Below, piece by piece: positions 10,006 through 19,704 of a DNA stretch of 64,000 nt. The notes below the pieces were generated by a model, which saw only the letters and a program-made list of their open reading frames with translations, did not search any database and was not told where the DNA came from. The position numbers and the translations under genes were made by a program. The stretch covers positions 5,792,001 through 5,856,000 of the forward strand of contig OZ244042.1 in NCBI GenBank assembly GCA_965215015.1. Direction: 5' to 3'. Positions within the stretch are counted from its first letter, which is position 1; the number at the start of each line of letters is the position of its first letter. Source of the stretch: Candidatus Poribacteria bacterium. Lineage in GTDB: Bacteria; Poribacteria; WGA-4E; PCPOR2b.

Positions 10006-10614
10006 TTACCGTTTTCGGACGATAATAGAATTGAAGGTTACGCCTTCACGAGGGTTTAACCTGCGGTAGTACTCCAATCTGAATAATTGTTGTACAACTT
10101 CAAGGAGTGTCTCGACTTCCCAAAAAGAGAAAAATCGCTTTGGTTCGTATGTATCTTGTTCTAGGATGCCTTCAAAATTTTCTCCACCCCAAAGTCCAAG
10201 GTACATTAAACCGTTTCTGTTGAGTCGAGTCGCGATTCGACTGAAAATATGACCGATATCCTTCTTTGGTATATGTAGAAGGCAATTCAGCGTATACACC
10301 GCGTCAAAGGTCTCGTCAATTTGATCAAGGTCGTAGCAGTCCAATACTTGAGCAGTAACACCCTTTTCTGCGGTGAGTTTCACCATTGTTGGTGCGTTGT
10401 CCACCGCAAGAACTTGGACCCCTTGACTTTGAAAGAACTGGGCATCTCGACCGGGACCGCATCCAATTTCAAGGAGACGCTTTCGTCGTTCAACCTTTAA
10501 GAGCTTTAGAAACTCTGACCGCTCTCGTTCCTTAAATTCGGCGGTAATGCTAGCCTCCCTTTGATAGGCGTGTTTTTCATAAGATTCAATGAGCGTGTCA
10601 GTGAATCGCATCAT
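10006..10614 (-). CDS. Class I SAM-dependent methyltransferase
   Basis: LEIGCGPGRD, FDAVYTLNCLLH. Likely start MMRFTD. Confidence 0.85.
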   Translation of the reverse strand: MMRFTDTLIESYEKHAYQREASITAEFKERERSEFLKLLKVERRKRLLEIGCGPGRDAQFFQSQGVQVLAVDNAPTMVKLTAEKGVTAQVLDCYDLDQIDETFDAVYTLNCLLHIPKKDIGHIFSRIATRLNRNGLMYLGLWGGENFEGILEQDTYEPKRFFSFWEVETLLEVVQQLFRLEYYRRLNPREGVTFNSIIVRKR

Positions 10615-10802
10615 ATCGTAGTGCTCCGCGACTGTTTTACCGATTGATACAACCATAGCGCAATCTATAATTGAGGGGTGCTCATAAATCCAATTCGTGG
10701 AATCGTGACACCGGAGGGGCACATTTCTCAGAAGTTGGCAGCGTGAAAACGTCTCTGTATCCCAGATTCATACCGATTCTTGGATGGCATCGAGGGTGCC
10801 CA

Positions 10803-10875
10803 ATCCGTGTTTTCCGTGTCATCCGTTTAATCCGTGATTCAGACAATACTTATGAGCCCTCTTCATCTATAATTT
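10803..10875 (+). repeat. Dispersed ATCCGTG-type short tandem repeat element
   Basis: atccgtgttttccgtgtcatccgtttaatccgtgattcagacaatacttatgagc; similar copy at 56992-57063. Confidence 0.75.
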
Positions 10876-11033
10876 ATCATCCTAAATTCTATAAACATAC
10901 CGCTCCAGAAAGTACCAGTGCTACGAATAATGGAAGAATCACTTTGCTAATATGGTATAATGTAACCCCCTCTTGATGCAAATAATTCTGTTTTTCTACA
11001 AATTAACATCCTGATAACCTGACGCTAACAAAA

Positions 11034-12017
11034 ATGCCAATTATCACAGTCGAACATCTGAGCAAATACTTCAAAGTCTATAAACGTCGCACCGGGTTTT
11101 GGGGAAATCTCAGCAGTACGGTTTCGCGCAAGTATGATGTCATCAAAGCGGTTGATAATGTGAACTTTACCCTTGAGCGGGGGGAATTGGTCGGATACAT
11201 CGGTGCCAACGGGGCGGGGAAATCAACAACCATCAAGATGCTAACAGGGATTCTTGTACCAACTTCGGGGCATATTGATGTGATGGGGTTGACCCCATAT
11301 CGGCACCGAAAAGAAAATACACGCCGGATCGGCGTGGTGTTTGGACAACGAACCCAACTCTGGTGGGATCTACCCGTTATCGACTCCTTTGAACTGCTCA
11401 AGCATATCTACGAGATCCCACAAAAGCTGTACAAACAGAATCTCGAATTTTTCAGCGAACTGTTGCAATTAAAACCATTTCTGTCCACACCGGTGCGAAG
11501 ATTGAGCCTCGGACAGCGGATGCGGTGTGACCTAACTGCGGCACTGCTACATAACCCGGAGATCCTATATTTAGACGAACCGACTATCGGCTTGGATGTG
11601 GTTGCCAAGGAGCAGGTCCGTCAGTTTCTGAGGCAGGTTAACGCAGAACGCCAAGTCACGATTATCCTGACAACGCATGACCTCAATGATGTCGAGAAGG
11701 TTTGTCAGCGACTGATTATCATTGACAGTGGTAAGATCATCTATGACGGTGCGATCAATGCCTTAAAAAAACGCTACGGCAAAACCCGGATGCTCATCGT
11801 TGACCTCGCACAGGCGTATTCCGATATTCAACTTGAGAGTGTGGATCTGATCCGACGAGACGGAAATCGTGTATGGCTCGCATTTGCTCGCGATACAATT
11901 TCTGCCTCCGAAGTCATCGCGCAATTGACAGCACGCTATGAGATTCAGGATCTAACGATATCGGAACCGGAAATTGAGGAGATTGTTCGACGTATCTATG
12001 AATTGGGGGTGCACTAA
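11034..12017 (+). CDS. ABC transporter ATP-binding protein (ABC-2 type exporter)
   Basis: Walker A GANGAGKST, signature LSLGQ, Walker B LYLDEP. Confidence 0.95.
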   Translation: MPIITVEHLSKYFKVYKRRTGFWGNLSSTVSRKYDVIKAVDNVNFTLERGELVGYIGANGAGKSTTIKMLTGILVPTSGHIDVMGLTPYRHRKENTRRIGVVFGQRTQLWWDLPVIDSFELLKHIYEIPQKLYKQNLEFFSELLQLKPFLSTPVRRLSLGQRMRCDLTAALLHNPEILYLDEPTIGLDVVAKEQVRQFLRQVNAERQVTIILTTHDLNDVEKVCQRLIIIDSGKIIYDGAINALKKRYGKTRMLIVDLAQAYSDIQLESVDLIRRDGNRVWLAFARDTISASEVIAQLTARYEIQDLTISEPEIEEIVRRIYELGVH

Positions 12018-12034
12018 TACCCACCGATCATGTC

Positions 12035-12835
12035 ATGATAAAAAAATATCTCACTTTTACGGTGAAAGCCTTTCAGCGAACGCTGACATATCGGTTCGAG
12101 TTGTGGATGGAGCTGCTTATCAACGTGTTGTTCATGTTAGTCTACGTCTATCTATGGAAAGCGTTATACACGGAACGGACATCGGTAGAAGGATACGACC
12201 TGAACGGGATTCTGACATACATCGTCGTCTCACAGACTCTATTGACCTTTACATTTACACTCCGGATAGCACGTATTATCGAAGAGAAGGTACGCACAGG
12301 CGAAGTGGTCACCGATTTAATGAAACCAATTGATTTTCAGTTGATGACGCTTGCAACGGCTGCAGGAACTTCAAGCCATACGGCACTGTTCAATATGCTC
12401 CCAAAATTCTTGCTGTTTTATGGTGCGTTTGGGCTATCGCTACCACCATCGCTTTTGACGGTATCCCTCTTTATCATTAGTGTGGTCCTGGGGTATGTCA
12501 TTCTGTTCAGTATAGAATTTATAATCGGTATTTTCGCCTTCTGGCTTGTCGAGATCCGCGGTCTCTACGCCTTCGTTATATGGGGGCTAGCTATGTTGTT
12601 TTCCGGCTACTTTTTGCCATTGGAATTTTATCCCACTTTCTTAGCTAAAGTTGCAGCGGTTTTGCCCTTTCGTGCGATTATCTATTTTCCTACTGCCATC
12701 TACACCGGTCAATTAATAGGGGAGAACCTCGTCACGGCACTGTTAATACAACTGGCTTGGGTGGCTGCATTGGTGGGGATTGGACGGCTTGGATACCGGG
12801 CAGCCTTCCGTAAACTGGTGATTCAGGGCGGATAG
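12035..12835 (+). CDS. ABC-2 family transporter permease
   Basis: Multiple TM segments, SGYFLPL, C-terminal IQGG; follows the ATPase. Confidence 0.9.
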   Translation: MIKKYLTFTVKAFQRTLTYRFELWMELLINVLFMLVYVYLWKALYTERTSVEGYDLNGILTYIVVSQTLLTFTFTLRIARIIEEKVRTGEVVTDLMKPIDFQLMTLATAAGTSSHTALFNMLPKFLLFYGAFGLSLPPSLLTVSLFIISVVLGYVILFSIEFIIGIFAFWLVEIRGLYAFVIWGLAMLFSGYFLPLEFYPTFLAKVAAVLPFRAIIYFPTAIYTGQLIGENLVTALLIQLAWVAALVGIGRLGYRAAFRKLVIQGG

Positions 12836-12859
12836 AATGGAAACATCTGAAAATGCACG

Positions 12860-12901
12860 GTAGGGGCTACCCTTATGGCTGCCCTTTGGGCATACCCCTA
12901 C
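12860..12901. repeat. GTAG-headed REP-like inverted pair
   Basis: GTAGGGGCTACCCTTATGGCTGCCC...GGGCATACCCCTAC between the two permease genes. Confidence 0.6.
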
Positions 12902-12934
12902 ATTTAAGGGAGAGGGAGCAGACGGTTCTTGGTT

Positions 12935-13738
12935 ATGCGACATTATATCAAACTCTACTTTCTTCTCGCCGGCGCGTATGTGCGCTCCCGGCTTCAATAC
13001 CGACTTTCGTTTGGTCTCATGTGCTTCGGAATTGTTATCGCCGAAGTCTGCTTACTCGGCTTGTTGGGGGCGTTACTCGCCAAGTTTCGCACTGTTAATG
13101 GCTGGACATGGGCAGAAGTGGTATTCCTGTACGGCTTAGGAAACTTGGCGTATTCATTCATGCGGATATTGGGCAGCCAATTAGACGATTTTGATCGGTA
13201 CATTATCCGCGGTGAGTTGGACAGTGTACTGATTAGACCTGTGCCACCGCTATTCTACATCCTTGCGAGTCGTGTGGAGTTAATCCACGTCTCCCGGGCA
13301 TTGACAAGTGTTGCCATCTTCGTTGTCGCGTTCCACTTGACCGATCTCCGTTGGACGCCGAGCGTTGCGCTGTTCACCTTCACAACAATCCTGAGTGGTA
13401 CACTGATTATGTTTACACTCATGCTCATCAGTGCCACCGTTGCGCTATGGACAACAAAATCAGGTAAATTGACGGATCTGCTCGTTAGCGCGACCAAAGA
13501 GGCGACGATTTTTCCTATCTCGATCTATCCGCTCGCCGTGCGGCTACTTTTGACCTTTCTTCTCCCCGTTGCTTTCGTGACGTATTATCCTGCCCAACAC
13601 CTTCTTCAGAAGGGCGAATTTCTTGGTATGCCTGAAATCTTTCAATTCGGAGCACCGGTTGTTGCACTGGTGATGCTCTGTGTTAGCTACCTATTCTGGT
13701 GCAGCGGGCTACGACGGTATCACAGTACAGGTTCATGA
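12935..13738 (+). CDS. ABC-2 family transporter permease
   Basis: GWT, GELDSVLIRP, LPVAFVTYYPA, C-terminal GLRRYHSTGS. Confidence 0.9.
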   Translation: MRHYIKLYFLLAGAYVRSRLQYRLSFGLMCFGIVIAEVCLLGLLGALLAKFRTVNGWTWAEVVFLYGLGNLAYSFMRILGSQLDDFDRYIIRGELDSVLIRPVPPLFYILASRVELIHVSRALTSVAIFVVAFHLTDLRWTPSVALFTFTTILSGTLIMFTLMLISATVALWTTKSGKLTDLLVSATKEATIFPISIYPLAVRLLLTFLLPVAFVTYYPAQHLLQKGEFLGMPEIFQFGAPVVALVMLCVSYLFWCSGLRRYHSTGS

Positions 13739-13764
13739 AGGTTTTTGACAAGACTGATTTTTCC

Positions 13765-13793
13765 TTGCGCTTCGTCAAGCAGTATGTTAAAAT
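13765..13793 (+). promoter_or_regulatory. Sigma70-type promoter of tRNA-Ala
   Basis: TTGCGC, 17 nt spacer, TAAAAT with extended TG, 14 nt before the tRNA. Confidence 0.55.
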
Positions 13794-13807
13794 AAGGGTG
13801 TTCAAGT

Positions 13808-13880
<73 letters not shown>

Positions 13881-13909
13881 CCTTTTTTGTGCCCACAGAT
13901 CCCTGTCTC

Positions 13910-14377
13910 CTACCTGTCGCTTGGTTTCTGTGTGCTGTCTTCTCTTTTCGGAGGAGTGCTGAAGTGCCGGGGGGTTAAGCCGTTGTCTAACACACCTAAG
14001 ATAGTCAGATGTAACTGTGCACGTGGTGGTAAAGATTTGATGAGATTGGCTTCAACTCTCTTAACCTTTTGTTCTTGGGCTAAGCGTTGCTGGTGAAAAA
14101 TTTTTAAAACCTCTTGAATCTCGTCATCTGATGCGATCTTGTCTTTAGCAAGCCGGTTCAAGGGCTTCAGATTTTCGATTGCTTGGCGGTGTCTCTGACG
14201 TTTGAGTGCCCACAAGGCTTTGATTCGCGCCTTTTGTTCCGGTGTCACCCCGAGTGCTTCTAGCGTCACCCCTTCGTCCTCGGTTCTGTTCTCCGTCTTT
14301 TGCGCCCACGCCACAAAACCGAAAAATATGGCGAATATCAACAGGGCAAGTACAATACTAATATAGAATTTGGACAT
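13910..14377 (-). CDS. Secreted helical protein, Spy/CpxP-like
   Basis: Signal peptide ending AWA-Q; LGVTPEQKARIKAL motif; helical content. Confidence 0.55.
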   Translation of the reverse strand: MSKFYISIVLALLIFAIFFGFVAWAQKTENRTEDEGVTLEALGVTPEQKARIKALWALKRQRHRQAIENLKPLNRLAKDKIASDDEIQEVLKIFHQQRLAQEQKVKRVEANLIKSLPPRAQLHLTILGVLDNGLTPRHFSTPPKREDSTQKPSDR

Positions 14378-14674
14378 GTTTCACCTCTTGGCAGGCGTTA
14401 TCCTGTTTTGGGGAATTGTAATCAATCATCTTCAATGCCACAAAATAATACCACAATGTCGTTAGACTGTCAATTGATGGGTTCGGCTCTTCGTGTTTTC
14501 GGCGTGGAGGAAGGTGCGGTGCCGCTTCTCAAAGATTTATCAATAATTGATCTGCCTAATTTTATAAAAAGATGTTATTATATTGCAACGTCATGCACAA
14601 TGGGGCGTTAAAAGAAGCCATCAGATCTTATACCGAACTCTCTTCGTCAGTTTCTATGGAATACTATTTTTCTA

Positions 14675-14912
14675 CGCAATAAGTAGATAGGAGCTTTTCT
14701 CTGAATTTAACGCAAAGTCGCACCCCGCAAGCAGGGGGAGGGGGGCGCAAGTCCCGATTTCGTTGCCCTCCCCCTGCTTGCGTCATCATGGATTCACAAT
14801 TTCATTGGGAGAGACGCAGAAACGAAATAGGAAGCCGGTTCTGTCGCTTTCTTTGCGTCTTAGTCCCCTTGCATCCAAGCGTTTTATTAAAAGCTAGTAA
14901 CTACTTATCCCC
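14675..14912 (-). mobile_element. MITE family B (GGGGATAAGTAG end), 238 bp
   Basis: Imperfect TIR (ATAAGTAGATAGGAGCTTTT vs ATAAGTAGTTACTAGCTTTT). Perfect 8-bp flanking duplication TTTTTCTA at 14667-14674 and 14913-14920. Inverted homologue at 56621-56922. Confidence 0.85.
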
Positions 14913-14952
14913 TTTTTCTAAATAACTCTGCTAAACGAAAGGAAAGAAGCAA

Positions 14953-16023
14953 ATGAAAGCGTTGTTGCTAAGCCCAGGACATGCTCATTTTGAAGCCCAT
15001 TTCAGTACATTGCAGGAATTGCCGGAGATTGAAAGCATTTTTATTTGGGGAGAAGACCAGTCTGCCCTAGAGACCATCCAACAGTCGAAGGAGCATAAGG
15101 TGGAAAGTATCACCACCGATTTGGATGAAATTCTGGCACGGGACGATGTCTTCTTTGCGATTGCCACCATGAGAACAGACTTGAAGCCGGATATTTTTAT
15201 ACGTATACTGGAGTCCGGCAAACACCTAATGGCAGAAAAGCCAATCGGCAGAACCGCCTCAGATGTGCAGCGAGTTGTCGAGGCGGCGGAACGCGCACGG
15301 ATGCAGTTGGGTGTCTGCTATCAAAATCGGTACAATCCAATGATTCGTGAAGCACGGGATTTGGTGGGGCAGGGCTTGTTGGGACCGCTGATGTCAATTG
15401 AAATGCGGATGCTAACGACACAGGTACAATACCGCGACCCCCAAGGCTGGCTGTTTCGCCACAAATACGCGGGGAGTGGGATCTTAGCGTGGTTGGGTTG
15501 TCATTATATAGACATGTTACGCTACATCACCCACGACGAAATTGTATCGGTCTCTGCGGAAGTCGCAACGCGCAGCGGTGAGAATATCGATGTGGAGGAT
15601 ACTGCTACGCTCTCTTTTCGTTTGCGTTCGGGGGCAGTTGGTTCTCTACATGCGGGATATACCCTTGCGTTGAGTGGATCAAAATATCCCAACCAACCCA
15701 GTTACGATACCTATGTCGGTGTCAACGGTCAAAATGGTCGAATCCACTGGGCTTCCCCAGGCGTTGCAGAACATATGAGCGTTGAAACAACTCAGGGTTC
15801 TTGGGCGGCTGCGCCTCAGCGGGAATTTGACTATACCTTGGGCGAATCTCCGGCGTATGGGGGCATTGCTGGGGAGGCCTTCATCCGGGACTTTATCCGT
15901 GCGGGACAAGGCGAAGGTGCCCCGCCTGCCTCGGGCCGTGACGCTCTCCAAGTCGCTCGCATTATTGACGCAGCGTTGGAATCCAGTCAAACGGGTCGGC
16001 GGATCGAGGTTGAGCAACCTTAG
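14953..16023 (+). CDS. Gfo/Idh/MocA family oxidoreductase
   Basis: GKHLMAEKP, YQNRY, GILAWLGCHYID, VED motifs. Confidence 0.9.
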   Translation: MKALLLSPGHAHFEAHFSTLQELPEIESIFIWGEDQSALETIQQSKEHKVESITTDLDEILARDDVFFAIATMRTDLKPDIFIRILESGKHLMAEKPIGRTASDVQRVVEAAERARMQLGVCYQNRYNPMIREARDLVGQGLLGPLMSIEMRMLTTQVQYRDPQGWLFRHKYAGSGILAWLGCHYIDMLRYITHDEIVSVSAEVATRSGENIDVEDTATLSFRLRSGAVGSLHAGYTLALSGSKYPNQPSYDTYVGVNGQNGRIHWASPGVAEHMSVETTQGSWAAAPQREFDYTLGESPAYGGIAGEAFIRDFIRAGQGEGAPPASGRDALQVARIIDAALESSQTGRRIEVEQP

Positions 16024-16229
16024 AGGCCCTGTGGAAGATAGGAAAGAGGTTTTAGACATTTCTATAAATGAATAAACAGAATCTTAACCTTGACATTATC
16101 AAAAATCCTTTAGGTCTGTATCCCAAACATCTATGTTGGGGGTAATACCCCTGCTTTAGCATTAGGGTCATTTAGTTTTCCGTTTTTTGACCGATTTTGG
16201 CGGGTAGACGGAAGATTGACCCCTCGGTC

Positions 16230-16252
16230 GTAGGCGGGGCATCTTGCCCCGC
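16230..16252 (+). repeat. GTAG REP-like palindrome
   Basis: GTAG-GCGGGGC-ATCTT-GCCCCGC; related copy TAGGTGGGGTATCTTGCCCCATC near 56946. Confidence 0.6.
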
Positions 16253-16456
16253 TCAAAGAGAATTAAATGAGGGGTGCTCATAAGTCAGATTACGCGTGGA
16301 CACTCGCCCTATGGGTATGGAGATCGGGGGGGGGTGGTTGGACAAGATGCTCCAGCTATGGAGTTGGAAGTGCTTTGTTTTTCTCCATTCGGGGTGGGAA
16401 TTTAATGGAGGTTGGGTGTTAGCCAGGCAATATGCCATAATGGTTGTGTGGTTTAC

Positions 16457-16480
16457 GGCACGACGGATTGTGCCTACTAC
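16457..16480 (-). repeat. GTAG REP-like palindrome
   Basis: Minus strand reads GTAGTAGGCACAATCCGTCGTGCC. Confidence 0.5.
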
Positions 16481-16485
16481 TTTAT

Positions 16486-16816
16486 AAGCACCCCTTGATT
16501 AAATCATCCGACTTCCGCATTGGTTTTTCTTGTTTTCAAAAGCGTGTTGGTGTATAATTGACTATAGCTATACCTCCTGCCAAAAATGGTCATTCGGGGT
16601 AAAAGCCGAGGCGATTTTCCCCTTCTGCGACGGCAGTGTGTTGCAGGAGGTATGGCTGACCAAAGGGGTTCCGATACGGGCCCCATGGGCAAGGCGTTGT
16701 CCATTGCATTAGCGATTGTCAGACGGGCTTAGGCTTGCTATCCGTGTTGATAGCATAATTCGACACCTAAAGGAACAGGTAGGCATCACAATCCTTTAGG
16801 TGTGGGAGTACGTCAA
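16486..16816 (+). mobile_element. Non-autonomous IS200/IS605 derivative lacking tnpB, with omegaRNA-like right end
   Basis: Right end CCTTTAGGTGTGGGAGTACGTCAA matches the tnpB remnant end at 36731. Upstream GATTGTCAGACGGGCTTAGGCTTGCTATC resembles tnpB 3' scaffolds. Left boundary approximate. Confidence 0.7.
16530..16558 (+). promoter_or_regulatory. Sigma70-type promoter inside the IS605 derivative
   Basis: TTGTTT, 17 nt spacer, TATAAT. Confidence 0.5.
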
Positions 16817-16883
16817 TAAGCAGCTTACTTCTGTTTGAAGGGTTTTGAATTTACTTTGCACCTGCTCGTAACTGGAGGAACAG

Positions 16884-17303
16884 ATGGCGTCTAAGATAGT
16901 AAATAACCAGGAAAGGCATGATTGGATTGAATACCCAGTACAGGATGACGTTCGGTTGGAAGTGTACTGGAGGGATGACCAAGGTGGTCGTGGGCCCGCA
17001 GCCTCGCTATATTTCTATGATGACGAGGTTTTGCGGTTCGACTGTTTTGGCGGGGATGAGGGCCACTGTCATGTAAATCTGCAACAGACCCGAGGGCAAC
17101 GGTGGTATTACCCGGAAGGGTCTGTGAAAGAAAACATTAAACAATCAGGCTTTGATTTGAGGAAAAACTACATGTTTTGCATCCTGTCACACCAAGATGA
17201 TAGGATTCGACGATTGAAAATCGATCCAGAAAAACTTGAAGTAGCCGCAAGCCAAATGGAAAACAGATTGACCGAAATTGCTACTCAACTCAACATGCTT
17301 TAG
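16884..17303 (+). CDS. Hypothetical protein (LRFDCF...HxH motif)
   Basis: RBS GGAGG; 139 aa ORF with globular-protein composition. Confidence 0.75.
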   Translation: MASKIVNNQERHDWIEYPVQDDVRLEVYWRDDQGGRGPAASLYFYDDEVLRFDCFGGDEGHCHVNLQQTRGQRWYYPEGSVKENIKQSGFDLRKNYMFCILSHQDDRIRRLKIDPEKLEVAASQMENRLTEIATQLNML

Positions 17304-17347
17304 ATTTGTATTGCCAGTACGCTATCAATTTTGTAATGACGGGGTAC

Positions 17348-17375
17348 TAGGGGCAACGGGAAGCGTTGCCCCTAC
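17348..17375. terminator. Hairpin between convergent genes (REP-derived)
   Basis: TAGGGGCAACG-GGAAG-CGTTGCCCCTA; begins with GTAG on the minus strand. Confidence 0.55.
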
Positions 17376-17395
17376 TTCCATCTAAGTGCTCAGAT

Positions 17396-18586
17396 TTACC
17401 CCGCCCCTTCGATTACTTCCATCCACACACCACGAACAAATCCCGGATATTCCCCCTCGCTGAAAGCGGGATAATAGACATTCTCACCGGTAAAATCGTG
17501 GACAACCTCACCACCTTTGCTGTCGGGGATATGCACACGGCAAGTTCGCTGCCCCTGTTTATAGAGTGCTGTGGGCGAAGGGGTTCCCGGTGCAACGCGG
17601 TAGCGTTGCAGCGCATACTCATCAACTTCGACTCCCAGTCCCGGTGTTTCCGGTGGGGCAATCGTTCCGTCCACCACCTCCAACCGTTGCGTTAAAAGAT
17701 CATGCTCCCACAACTCAAAGCAGGTGATTGCCGGCAGTTGTGCATGGGACAGAACCGCGCCGATGTGCATGGCATAAGCGGTCGTAATGCCCGTTCCGAC
17801 CATTTGCAGCCAGAACGGCTTATCGAACGAAGCGCACAACGCATTGAGTCGCCGTGTCTCCGTTGCCCCGCCTCCAACGACAAAACCGCCGCAGCAGCGG
17901 GCGTGCAGGCACGGTTCATTAAAGTGTTCGACAATCCGTTTTTCTACCGCTTCCTGTAGACGTCCGGCACCTTCGATATCTGTGCCGAGGTAGTAGGGGC
18001 TTTCGTAGTATGCGACGTTGGGGTGCTTATCCAACTCCTGCAAAACGGGTTGGGCGCCATCCGCTGTTCGGAGAAAACCGTTGAAATCGATGTCCAATTT
18101 GTAACCTTCTGGAACAACCTTTCCGACGGCTTCCACTTGTGCAAAGATGTCCCGCCACGGACGGGCTTTCAGCTTAATTGATGTGTAGCCGCGTTTTACG
18201 GACTCCTCCGCCTCTTTCACCCAGTCCTCCGGCGGCATGTCAATATCCCACCACGAAATCGGACATCGATCCCGAAGCTTTGTACCCAGCAATTGGTAGA
18301 CAGGCACACCAACCGATTTACCGACGGCATCAAACAGGGACATCTGAATACCAAAACCGATGCTGTCATCCTGCATGATTGCAAACGGGTTTTGTCCAAT
18401 GACCCGATCGAAGTTGCCGGATTCATCGCCCATATTTTCGCCATAGCCGATAACGCCGTTATCCAACTCAACGCGGTATATCTCTATCTGTTCCGAGTGC
18501 GTCAAGGCGCGTTGCATGTGTCCGGTGACATAATCGGTGTAAAAAGGGATGTGTAGCGTAAGCATTTCAAGGGTTTTAATCTTCAT
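17396..18586 (-). CDS. Mandelate racemase/muconate lactonizing enzyme family protein
   Basis: FDAVGKSVGVPVYQLLG, KLK motif, DIDFNG, YESP. Start MKIKTL after GGAGG. Confidence 0.85.
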   Translation of the reverse strand: MKIKTLEMLTLHIPFYTDYVTGHMQRALTHSEQIEIYRVELDNGVIGYGENMGDESGNFDRVIGQNPFAIMQDDSIGFGIQMSLFDAVGKSVGVPVYQLLGTKLRDRCPISWWDIDMPPEDWVKEAEESVKRGYTSIKLKARPWRDIFAQVEAVGKVVPEGYKLDIDFNGFLRTADGAQPVLQELDKHPNVAYYESPYYLGTDIEGAGRLQEAVEKRIVEHFNEPCLHARCCGGFVVGGGATETRRLNALCASFDKPFWLQMVGTGITTAYAMHIGAVLSHAQLPAITCFELWEHDLLTQRLEVVDGTIAPPETPGLGVEVDEYALQRYRVAPGTPSPTALYKQGQRTCRVHIPDSKGGEVVHDFTGENVYYPAFSEGEYPGFVRGVWMEVIEGAG

Positions 18587-18729
18587 CACTGAAATCCTCC
18601 AAAAGGTTGAAAATCCAGTGTGTATTGTAGCACAGTTTTCGGCTGCGGGGGGAAAATTGTAGCTAGTATAGACCTTTTGCTCTTTTTTTGGTATCATGTG
18701 TCCAACACATTTACTGGAGAGGAGTCCCA

Positions 18730-19680
18730 ATGAATTACGGAACAATCCCAGGAATAGACAGAGAAATTTCACAGCTCGTGCTCGGGTGTATGCTATTTAC
18801 GCCCGATGAGATGAAACACAGTTATTTGATGCTAGACGAATTTTTTGCGGCCGGCGGCAATGCACTCGATACCGCGTACAGCTATGGCGGCGGCGATAGC
18901 GAGCGGCTGCTCGGTATGTGGATGAAAAATCAGAAAAATCGATCCGAGGTGTTTTTGGTTGACAAAGGGGGGCATCCACATGCCGCGGTGCCACGTCCCC
19001 GCCTGAGTCCGGAGGAGCTTGCACACGACATCCACGAAAGTCTTCTCCGTCTACAGACCGATTATATTGACCTGTTTCTGCTGCATCGAGATGATCCAAG
19101 CATTCCAGCCGGTACAATCATCGAGCACCTAAATCAAGAGATTCGCGCGGGCAACCTTCGAGCGATTGGTGCATCGAATTGGGAGCTGGAACGCCTCCAG
19201 GAAGCGAACGAATATGCCGCGAAACATCGGTTACAGGGATTTGTGGTCAGCAGCAACAATATCAGCTTGGCTGTTCCAATGGAACCGATGTGGAAAGGTG
19301 TCGTGTCCGTGTCGGAAGCGGCATGGGAGTGGCACCACGAAACACAATTTCCGCTCCTACCCTGGTCCTCGCAGGCGCGGGGGTTCTTTAGCGGGCGTTT
19401 TGCTCCTGAAAAACGGGAAAATCAGGATATGGTCCGGGTGTACTATAACGATGCCAATTTTGAGCGACTCAAACGTGCACAAACACTTGGGGAGAAGAAG
19501 GGGTGTACGGCAATACAGATTTCACTTGCACATGTTTTGCACCAACCGTTTCCCACTTTTCCGCTCGTTGGTCCCGTGAATCAAGAGGAGCTATCTTCGT
19601 GTCTTGAAGCGTTGGCAATCCAACTATCTTCCGATGAGATGCGTTGGTTGAATATAGAAACCGACGACATTGATTTGTAA
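18730..19680 (+). CDS. Aldo/keto reductase
   Basis: DTAYSYGGG, SLLRLQTDYIDLFLLHRDD, IGASNW, WSSQARG. Confidence 0.92.
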   Translation: MNYGTIPGIDREISQLVLGCMLFTPDEMKHSYLMLDEFFAAGGNALDTAYSYGGGDSERLLGMWMKNQKNRSEVFLVDKGGHPHAAVPRPRLSPEELAHDIHESLLRLQTDYIDLFLLHRDDPSIPAGTIIEHLNQEIRAGNLRAIGASNWELERLQEANEYAAKHRLQGFVVSSNNISLAVPMEPMWKGVVSVSEAAWEWHHETQFPLLPWSSQARGFFSGRFAPEKRENQDMVRVYYNDANFERLKRAQTLGEKKGCTAIQISLAHVLHQPFPTFPLVGPVNQEELSSCLEALAIQLSSDEMRWLNIETDDIDL

Positions 19681-19704
19681 ACGATGTGTGGGAAGGAATA
19701 ATCC

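Noticed and set aside
3524-10614. Integron cassette array
   Set aside because: No convincing RYYYAAC...GTTRRRY attC sites in the spacers I checked, and no integrase.
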